Shown here: positions 56,709 through 64,000 of the stretch, piece after piece
How the letters are laid out: each line of letters starts with the position of its first letter
How positions within the stretch are numbered: the stretch's first letter is position 1
Origin: a virus
Reading direction: 5' to 3' (one strand)
DNA: 64,000 nt
IMG/VR virus record: IMGVR_UViG_3300012953_000013
Span: 96,001 to 160,000 of that record
The notes under the pieces: model-generated
Told to the model about the DNA's origin: nothing
Seen by the model: only the letters and a program-made list of their open reading frames with translations
The model's database searches: none
Position numbers and translations under genes: made by a program

Positions 56709-58729
56709 TCATCATCCTCGCTCAAGGCAATATTGTCAACCATGAGATTTTCGTCAATGACTTCAAGATCTAAGTCAGGCTCTTCATTTAACAAACTACT
56801 CTGTTTATTACTTATCACCTTAGAAAGCTTACTTATAATAGAAATTGTACTGCGATCTAATCGAGGAGAATCGCCAACTTCAGATAAATTGCCTTCAGCT
56901 TCTAAATCTTTTATTAATCCTTCCCCAAATGGGTTTTTGAGGTAGTCTTCGTCATAAGGTTTATTCATTGAATCTCTTTTTCGTGTATTTCTTCCAACCC
57001 CAGTAATACTAGAAAAATCTGGAGAATGAATTTTTCCAGATGTGTTTATCTCTCTTCTGTTTCTTGGCATGGGGTCTCCCCAAATATTTTTCACCATATT
57101 ATCTACTTTGATAGGGCCGTCTTCATCATCCATACTGAGCCTGATTATTTCTTCGCTATCATCTTCTTCTTCGTCATCCCCATCGATTTCTCTAAAGTTT
57201 TCTTTTGTAGAGCTTGGCTCAATTGGGTTTCCATCCAAGACTGATGGGTTTGACTTGACATCGCTAGCAAATAAGTCTCCGCCACCGCCGGCATCATCAC
57301 CACCACCACCACCGCCTCCGGCTTCTGGTGGTTGACCAGCGGCTTCTAGTTCTGCGGCTGCCGCAGCATCTTCTAGCATCTCTGCTTCAGTTGCTTCGAT
57401 TTCTTCATCGTTTAAACCTAAAACATTTTTTCTAACCCATCTCTTGCTAACCATTCCCTCAGGAACTTTTCCGGCGATGTCAAATTTAGTACTAATAAGC
57501 TCTAATTTTTGTTGTTGGGCTATACTCGATGGGTTAGATAACTTAAGACTAAAATCAATTAGGTCTTCGCCTTCAAAACCATGAGAATACAGATGAATCA
57601 TGGCTATCTTATTTAATTCAGCAATAACAGTTTTTTGAATTCTTGCAATGGTTCTCGAAAACCTAATATCCTCTTGGGCTAATGTAGCTTTTGAACCTAT
57701 CTCTTCGTCATACCCTAAGTAAGCTTTTGGTATCTTCAGGGCCGCAAACATTTTCTTTTGGATATATTCCACATCTTCGATAGCAGCAGTGTTCTGACCC
57801 CCAGCTAGGGATTCGATCTTTGTCCCTGAATCTCCTCCTCGCACTGGAATAAAGTAATCCTCATCTACTGAAAGTGGATTATATCTGAGGTCAACTCTGC
57901 CGTCAGACTTATTAATAACTGGATTTGTTTTAAGAGAATTTTTTGCTTGTTCCAAATATTGCGCTGCATCTTCTGGCGGAACATTACCAATATCAATATA
58001 AAATACTCTACGCTCGGGTGCGCGAATGACTCGATAAACTAGCATAGCGTCTTCAATAAGAATTAACTGGCGCCAAATTCTGCGAGCAGGATCTAAAACA
58101 CTAGATCCGTATGGAAGAAATGCATCATTGGCTAATAATCTGAAATGAGTTACTTGCCAGTTTTCTAAAACCTGATTTCCTTGAGTCATCCATCTAAACC
58201 TAACTGCAGTTGGATCATCCGGATCATAACCCTCTTCACGTTCCATCTCAGAAATGGGGATTGGATAACATCCAACAACACCAAACTCGGGAGAGACGTC
58301 GTTGAACAAAAAGAAATCACCATACTTGCATAGATTTCTGACCCACATTGTTAAGTTAAAATCTACATTAATCGTATCATAAAAAAGAGTTCTTAAAAGC
58401 TCTCTAATTTTTCTATTTTCAGAATATATGTGTAAAACATTCCCTTTATCATCTGGAGAAGAAGTTTCTTCCGAATATATGTCAAGAGCTGACGCTATCT
58501 CTGGAGTGGCTTCCATTTCAGAAAAGTCTGAATATCTGGCCATTCTATCAAATGATCCATACGCGCTTAAAGTGCTGGAATAAGCATCTCTATGCGCAGC
58601 TTTAAACTGCTCTAAAGAGCTTTGCGATGCTTGTTTTGAATCAAAAGAACGGACTCTTCTCTTGACACTAGGCCCAGTTCTAAATAACTGGGTTAATTTT
58701 CTAAATAAACTTGGACTCTTATCTGCCAT
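56705..58729 (-). CDS. portal protein (gp20-like)
   Basis: EIASALDI, CKYGD, LIEDAMLVYRVIRAPERRVFYIDIGN, EDYFIP, ALKIPKAYL; long acidic C-terminal tail. Confidence 0.95.
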   Translation of the reverse strand: MADKSPSLFRKLTQLFRTGPSVKRRVRSFDSKQASQSSLEQFKAAHRDAYSSTLSAYGSFDRMARYSDFSEMEATPEIASALDIYSEETSSPDDKGNVLHIYSENRKIRELLRTLFYDTINVDFNLTMWVRNLCKYGDFFLFNDVSPEFGVVGCYPIPISEMEREEGYDPDDPTAVRFRWMTQGNQVLENWQVTHFRLLANDAFLPYGSSVLDPARRIWRQLILIEDAMLVYRVIRAPERRVFYIDIGNVPPEDAAQYLEQAKNSLKTNPVINKSDGRVDLRYNPLSVDEDYFIPVRGGDSGTKIESLAGGQNTAAIEDVEYIQKKMFAALKIPKAYLGYDEEIGSKATLAQEDIRFSRTIARIQKTVIAELNKIAMIHLYSHGFEGEDLIDFSLKLSNPSSIAQQQKLELISTKFDIAGKVPEGMVSKRWVRKNVLGLNDEEIEATEAEMLEDAAAAAELEAAGQPPEAGGGGGGGDDAGGGGDLFASDVKSNPSVLDGNPIEPSSTKENFREIDGDDEEEDDSEEIIRLSMDDEDGPIKVDNMVKNIWGDPMPRNRREINTSGKIHSPDFSSITGVGRNTRKRDSMNKPYDEDYLKNPFGEGLIKDLEAEGNLSEVGDSPRLDRSTISIISKLSKVISNKQSSLLNEEPDLDLEVIDENLMVDNIALSEDDE

Positions 58730-58745
58730 AACATTCCCGAATAAC

Positions 58746-58752
58746 TAACTAT
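58746..58752 (-). promoter_or_regulatory. late-type promoter ATAGTTA (portal)
   Basis: Recurrent motif in the 27 nt gap. Confidence 0.55.
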
Positions 58753-58756
58753 TTAT

Positions 58757-60361
58757 CTATTTTAACAACCAATCCATGTTACCGAAAACAGAATTGGAAT
58801 TTTCTTCTTCAGAGTCTCCTGGATTCGAACCTAAAACTACAGGCTTGAATGGATTGACTCTTGCAAAATCTCTAAGATTAGGATCTAATTCAGCAGGGGG
58901 ATTATTTTTATGCACCCCCATTGCATCTAGCATAGTAGCATTAATATCTACTGATTGTTGGCTCCGATTCGACGTATCATAGAGCCAAATACCAATAGCT
59001 AAAGACATTACCAAATCATCATTTTTATCTCTCATCGCCTGAGCCTTATTACCCTTCCAAATAAATGTTTTCATTTCTTCATAGAGGCGAGAAGAGTAAA
59101 GCGATATCTCTTTGTTTCTAATAACTTGTTCAAGTTTTGTCAAAATTTGAGCTCTAGAATTTCCTTGAGTTGAAAATCCAGCTTTGCCTATAGAACCATT
59201 TCCATATAACACTTCGTATTTATCTTTTTCTCTCTTAAAATAAATGTTGCTATATTTTAAATCTTGAAGCCTCACCAAAACGGCATATCCGTAAGTGTTG
59301 CTCTCCGGACATATTAAAGCTTCATTATATCTTTTACCAGCCTCAACAAGTAAGACAGCAAATTGATCTGGCGGAATTTTACCCTTGAACTCACAAACAA
59401 CTTCTGAAGTGTTCGTGTCTATAACATGAAAAGCAGAATAATCTTTTGAGTCTCCTCTAGAAACATCCGCTGATATTATATACTTGTGGTCGCTTAAACT
59501 ATATTTCCAAACCCAAACATTATTTTCTGGTCCCCACTTTTCCATTGGTGGTTTAACACAATAAGATAAATACTTGATTTCATCTATAGATAAAAATGTT
59601 TCTCCAGAAGCAGCAAAATCGCACATAAGCTCTTGTGCGACTTGTTTTTCATCCATGTTTTTGCATTCATTTTCAAACCAAGCGTCGTCTCTTTCAGGAT
59701 GAACATCCCAAGGGAGTTTGATTGGATTAAACTCGTTTTCTCCAGACTCTGCCTTTTGATATAAATCGTAATATTGGCCACCCACACCATTTGGTGTCGA
59801 TAGTACAATTGCGCGACCACCAGTAGAAAGTGTGGGGTACAAGCCCATCCACAATTCGTCAAAATTTCTAACAAACGCGGCCTCATCAACGATTAATAAA
59901 GTTAGTGCTTCTGAACGACCGGCATCTTCAGATGTAGGGATTGCCTTTATTTGAGAACCATTGCTGAACTCTATCGACTGTTTATTGTTTGTGATAATCT
60001 CTGGAAGAATTAGCCAAGGCGGTAAGCTATTCATAGCGACTTTTACTTTTTTGATAAAATTCATCGCGACAGCTAACTTAGTAGCGATTACTAAAACATT
60101 TTTATCTTTATAAAAAATAGCTAACCAGACAGCATAAGCAGCAGTTAAAGTTGACAAACCAAGCTGACGCGATTTAACGATAACGTTGAACCTATGGTCA
60201 TTAAAATCTTTTACACAATTATCTTGAAAGGGATAAGTTTTAAAAGGAATCGTTCCTCTAGTGGGGTGCTGGATCTTTACATACTTATTGAAGAAGTGAG
60301 CCGGATCTTTCCCACATTTTACGATTTCTTTGATTTGTCTTTGTTTGTTATTTGCTGCCAT
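58757..60361 (-). CDS. terminase large subunit (gp17-like)
   Basis: KSRQLGLST, Walker B LIVDEAAF, LSTPNG, nuclease ISADVSRG, ESN, DDLVMSLAIG. Confidence 0.96.
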   Translation of the reverse strand: MAANNKQRQIKEIVKCGKDPAHFFNKYVKIQHPTRGTIPFKTYPFQDNCVKDFNDHRFNVIVKSRQLGLSTLTAAYAVWLAIFYKDKNVLVIATKLAVAMNFIKKVKVAMNSLPPWLILPEIITNNKQSIEFSNGSQIKAIPTSEDAGRSEALTLLIVDEAAFVRNFDELWMGLYPTLSTGGRAIVLSTPNGVGGQYYDLYQKAESGENEFNPIKLPWDVHPERDDAWFENECKNMDEKQVAQELMCDFAASGETFLSIDEIKYLSYCVKPPMEKWGPENNVWVWKYSLSDHKYIISADVSRGDSKDYSAFHVIDTNTSEVVCEFKGKIPPDQFAVLLVEAGKRYNEALICPESNTYGYAVLVRLQDLKYSNIYFKREKDKYEVLYGNGSIGKAGFSTQGNSRAQILTKLEQVIRNKEISLYSSRLYEEMKTFIWKGNKAQAMRDKNDDLVMSLAIGIWLYDTSNRSQQSVDINATMLDAMGVHKNNPPAELDPNLRDFARVNPFKPVVLGSNPGDSEEENSNSVFGNMDWLLK

Positions 60362-60368
60362 TCTGACA

Positions 60369-60746
60369 TTAGCTCACTTCAAAATCCGCGTATCTTCTAT
60401 AAAGAACTACTTTTCTGGGATTTACTGAAGAAGCTTGGATATACTGCACATCTTCGTCACTAGAAACTTCTTTAGCAGTAAGAGTTTCTCCCAAAATATC
60501 TTTATATTGTTTTTTAGCACTAGAGAGACGAGAATTAATTCTTTCTGCTGCTTCTAGAGCTACAGCTGGAATTTGCGAATTCATAGACCTCTCTGAAGCA
60601 AGATAAACAACAGTACTGTATGTTATCCTTACTAGATCACCGTGAAACTTTGCAGTACACTTAAATTCATCGCTAGATTTACCCCAGCTCGTTTCTAATA
60701 TTTGCCCGAGGGCATTAATTTGTTTTGTTTCTAACATTTTCCTCAC
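60369..60746 (-). CDS. hypothetical protein
   Basis: 125 aa ORF directly upstream of terL; SD GAGG. Confidence 0.65.
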   Translation of the reverse strand: MRKMLETKQINALGQILETSWGKSSDEFKCTAKFHGDLVRITYSTVVYLASERSMNSQIPAVALEAAERINSRLSSAKKQYKDILGETLTAKEVSSDEDVQYIQASSVNPRKVVLYRRYADFEVS

Positions 60747-60970
60747 CTCAGAATATAACTAGGTATCTGTTTTCTTTTATTACTCAAAGAGTTTTTAGTC
60801 TCTTCATCCAAAGATAACTCTTTAGCATTTTTAACTCCACGTACAACTAAATATTCTTCTCTACACTCATAACAACAATTAGAAGATAAAAACGTAAAAA
60901 CATCCTTAGCATCTTTCATAAGAGTTAAACAGACTGGGCATTCAAAAGGGACATAATTGTTATTTTCCAT
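60743..60970 (-). CDS. small zinc-finger protein
   Basis: CPVC ... CYEC. Confidence 0.65.
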   Translation of the reverse strand: MENNNYVPFECPVCLTLMKDAKDVFTFLSSNCCYECREEYLVVRGVKNAKELSLDEETKNSLSNKRKQIPSYILR

Positions 60971-60972
60971 GA

Positions 60973-63900
60973 CTATTCAACCACCACCCGGGAATCTTTC
61001 CCTTTAGAAGTTATTTCGATAATATTATCAGCTGCATCTTTAATAGCGTCAATATGAGAAATAACAAAAATGCACTTAAACCACCGCTTAAGAGACGTTA
61101 ATAATCTGTTACAGGCTTCTACATTCATTTCGTCTAAAGTCCCAAAACCTTCGTCAATTATTAATATATCACTTTTTGGTAAAGAAGAAATGTTTATAAG
61201 AGCAACCCTCATAGCTAGAGAAGAAATCATTTTTTCCATACCAGAGCCGCATTCAATAATTCTTCTTGAATCTCCATAGTTGATATAAATGTCCATTGCG
61301 TTAGAAGAAGAATCAGCTTCGAGCTCAACAGTAAATCCGACAACGCCCTGAAGAATTCTAGAAATTTCTTCATTAATTTTTGGTAATTGAGAGCTCAAAA
61401 TCTGAATTGGAATACCCCTTTTATCAAAAGCTCTCATTATAAGCTCAAATATTCTCCACTCGCCCAACAACCTTGCGTATTCCTCTCTTTCTTCTTCTAA
61501 TCTACTAAGTTCAGAGCTAAGAAGACCGATTGTTTCACTGGTACTAAGCCTTTTGGCATCAATAATCTTAAACTCGCTTTCAAGTTCAGAAATCTGAGTT
61601 TTCAGCTTATCGAGCTCACTTACTTCTTCAGATTCTACCACTCTAGATTTCAGACTTCTTAACTCATCTTCCATGTGAATTAAGCTATCTGTTATATTGA
61701 TTTTTTCTCTATCAGTATCATTTTGAAGAATTTTTATATCAGATATTTCTATCTTCAGCTTACTTTCATTTTCTAAAAGCTTTTGGTATTTTTCTATTTT
61801 TTCAGCTAAATTTTCACTTTGGATAATACTAAATGATTTTTCAGCAGCAACTACTTTTTCTTTAGATTCTAAAGAAAGTTGTTTTTGCTCATTTATCTGC
61901 AACTTAGCTTCATCTGACTTTACAACATATTGGCAGTCTGGCAAGTGCTCAAAACAGTCGCAGGGTTCTAGTTTTTTAGCTAATTTTTTCTTACTTTCTA
62001 ACTTTTGAAGCTCAAGCTCGTGCTGGTGCTTTAAATCTCTAAGCGTTCTCTCTAGATCATTTTGCGCAGACAACCTTTCTTTTAATTCGTCAATAGGAAA
62101 CTGGTTTTTGACCGTCCTTATTTTATTTAATTTTTGATTAACAGAATCATAAGATTCTCTAATTTCAACTTCTTTTTCTTCTAACTTAAGAAGCCGCTTT
62201 TTAGAAATATCAATCTGAGTTTCTTGATTTTTAACATCTGTGGGGGTAACTACATCTTGGGCGTTTTGACTTGCAGCACTTATTTTTAATGTCTGCAGTC
62301 TTTGCTGAATAGTTGTATATTCAGACTCGAAAGAATCTCTTTCAGTTTGAAGCTGTCTTAACTTAAGAGCTTTTTCCAGAATTAAAGATTTCCACTCTCT
62401 TTCTGGATATTTTGACAAAAGGGTTTTAGTATAATTTGACTCTTCTTTAACTGCATCTAAAAGTTTTTCAAAAATATCTAAATCTAAAAAGTGAGAAAGA
62501 ATTTGCTTTCTCTGGGTAGCTCTATTTTTAATAAAAGCATTCATATCTCCCTGTGACGCAAATGAAGTCAGTAAGAAATTCTCTTTAGTCCCAATAAGAT
62601 CTCTTAAAAATTTATCTGTATCTCTTCTTTGCTCCCCACTCATATCAATGGCATTTCCGTCAGAATCAACTTGCCAAAAATTTGCTTGGGTTGCGGCGCT
62701 GACTATCCCTTTTCTATTCTGTTTTTTAACAGATTGTCTTTCAACTCGATAAGTGTTTCCATTAACTTCAAAATCTATCTCAGAAATGCAATGACCTTTT
62801 CTCGTATTTATTACATGAAGATTTTTAATAGATCCGCGATCAGTAGAATTAAAAAGCGTATACATCATAGTGCCGGGAATACTACTTTTTCCAGCTCTAT
62901 TTCTACCAAACAAGCCAATAATTCCACTCAAATTTGAGAAATTAATCTTATTATTTTTTCCATAAGCAAAAGTATTAGAAAACTTCATTTCTTTTAAAGA
63001 CCATTTAAGATTTCTAGGAGATTCAGTTTTTGATACTGCAGAAACTTGCTTTTTTATAACTTGTTCTATTTTATCCCACTCTTCTTCAGTGACTTCTTTC
63101 TCTGCGTAGAATTCTTTTAGCAAATTCAGTAAAACTGATGGGTCTCGCATATTCAGTAGCTCTTTACCATCGGAAAAAGTAGCTACTGGAGCACTCTCAA
63201 AACTATCATATTTAAAGACTATTTCTGAAGCACCCAATTTTTCTTGAAGCTCTGAGTGAAGCTGTTTTATTTCTGCTTGAGGGATTGCAAATTCAGACTT
63301 AACTCTAAATCTAGCTCCGTGAGGTGATTTTTCAGCATTTTTAATAGTATCATAAACACTACCAGTCCACTCAATAGTAACAAATGGTTGGCTATGATAC
63401 ACCTCATGAAATGTACTGGTGAATTTGTCTTTACTTTCAATTTCCCAGAATAAAAATCCTTTACCAGGGTCTTCACCATAATTTTGTTGAATTGTAGAAC
63501 CCGGATACGCAATTCTCTTTTCATTGTCTAGATACTGCATTTTATGGATATCACCAAGAAAAGCGAAATCAAAACCATCAAAAAACTTTGTTTCAACCTC
63601 TCCCTCTATATCCCAATTAATATCTGTTGTTGAACCGAGTACTCCGCCATGAAACACTGCAATGTTTACTTCGCCGGGCTTTGGTTTAACTTCTGGCCAT
63701 TTTTCCTCGTCAAAACAAGAAAATACTCCCCAGTTGAAGCCGGGAACTCCAGTCGGGTAAACGCCGGAATCTTTATACAAAAACGTTTGGTCTAAATCTA
63801 ATGCGTTTACAATAGGGGTAATCGCATCTTGACGATGCTTATTGCTTATAAGACCATCATGATTACCAAGAATAACATGAGTAGGAGCTATATCGTTTAA

Positions 63901-64000
63901 ACTTCTAAACCACCAAGAAAGTATATCGATCAACTCTGGAGAAATTCCCTGAGTTTTCGAATGGACAATATCCCCACCAATAAAAATTACATCGGGATTT
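60973..64000 (-). CDS. fused Mre11/SbcD nuclease - Rad50/SbcC ATPase, N-terminus off right edge
   Basis: Frame open beyond 63933 (PDVIFIGGDIVH); LGNHD, FHGG, FLGDIH, then Walker A GRNRAGKSS, Q-loop, coiled coil, GSGMEK, Walker B IIDEGFGTLD, ISH. Confidence 0.92.
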   Translation of the reverse strand, partial: NPDVIFIGGDIVHSKTQGISPELIDILSWWFRSLNDIAPTHVILGNHDGLISNKHRQDAITPIVNALDLDQTFLYKDSGVYPTGVPGFNWGVFSCFDEEKWPEVKPKPGEVNIAVFHGGVLGSTTDINWDIEGEVETKFFDGFDFAFLGDIHKMQYLDNEKRIAYPGSTIQQNYGEDPGKGFLFWEIESKDKFTSTFHEVYHSQPFVTIEWTGSVYDTIKNAEKSPHGARFRVKSEFAIPQAEIKQLHSELQEKLGASEIVFKYDSFESAPVATFSDGKELLNMRDPSVLLNLLKEFYAEKEVTEEEWDKIEQVIKKQVSAVSKTESPRNLKWSLKEMKFSNTFAYGKNNKINFSNLSGIIGLFGRNRAGKSSIPGTMMYTLFNSTDRGSIKNLHVINTRKGHCISEIDFEVNGNTYRVERQSVKKQNRKGIVSAATQANFWQVDSDGNAIDMSGEQRRDTDKFLRDLIGTKENFLLTSFASQGDMNAFIKNRATQRKQILSHFLDLDIFEKLLDAVKEESNYTKTLLSKYPEREWKSLILEKALKLRQLQTERDSFESEYTTIQQRLQTLKISAASQNAQDVVTPTDVKNQETQIDISKKRLLKLEEKEVEIRESYDSVNQKLNKIRTVKNQFPIDELKERLSAQNDLERTLRDLKHQHELELQKLESKKKLAKKLEPCDCFEHLPDCQYVVKSDEAKLQINEQKQLSLESKEKVVAAEKSFSIIQSENLAEKIEKYQKLLENESKLKIEISDIKILQNDTDREKINITDSLIHMEDELRSLKSRVVESEEVSELDKLKTQISELESEFKIIDAKRLSTSETIGLLSSELSRLEEEREEYARLLGEWRIFELIMRAFDKRGIPIQILSSQLPKINEEISRILQGVVGFTVELEADSSSNAMDIYINYGDSRRIIECGSGMEKMISSLAMRVALINISSLPKSDILIIDEGFGTLDEMNVEACNRLLTSLKRWFKCIFVISHIDAIKDAADNIIEITSKGKDSRVVVE

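Noticed and set aside
1-64000. CRISPR array, tRNA, rRNA or IS element
   Set aside because: Intergenic gaps are all under about 155 nt and show no spaced direct repeats or cloverleaf; no transposase or integrase motifs were seen.
1-64000. Stop-codon reassignment as in some huge phages
   Set aside because: Core genes are full length in code 11, and TAA, TAG and TGA all terminate genes at tight junctions.

Overview
The window is a gene-dense segment of a large T4-superfamily contractile-tailed (jumbo-type) bacteriophage genome, with nearly all genes on the minus strand and standard code 11. From right to left it carries an Mre11/SbcD-Rad50/SbcC fusion that runs off the right edge and a complete morphogenesis block. 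That block contains the large terminase, portal, prohead protease, scaffold, major capsid, neck, tail terminator, two sheath paralogues, tube, a frameshifting tail chaperone, tape measure and baseplate. A tubulin/FtsZ-family GTPase and a histone-like protein sit between capsid and neck. Next is a replication/recombination block: minimal PolA, gp32-like SSB, RecA, 5'-3' exonuclease, DnaB-type helicase, class II RNR and ThyX. An accessory block follows with IscU, ClpP, an amidase endolysin, a sulfotransferase, an MBD4-like glycosylase, a His-box lipid hydroxylase, an LpxH-like phosphoesterase, a zincless Fpg/Nei, a glycosyltransferase, a J-domain protein and a HAD phosphatase. DnaE (Pol III alpha) runs off the left edge. 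Two promoter classes (NTGAAM-N17-TAWWRT and ATANTTA) and three intrinsic terminators can be read directly. I saw no tRNA, CRISPR array, intron, intein or transposase. The most interesting points are the eukaryote-like MBD4 glycosylase and a possible self-contained base-excision-repair set, the late-expressed tail-less tubulin inside the head operon, the U7 programmed frameshift, the Mre11-Rad50 fusion and a shared helical motif in putative internal head proteins. All family calls come from motif recognition by eye, without database searches.
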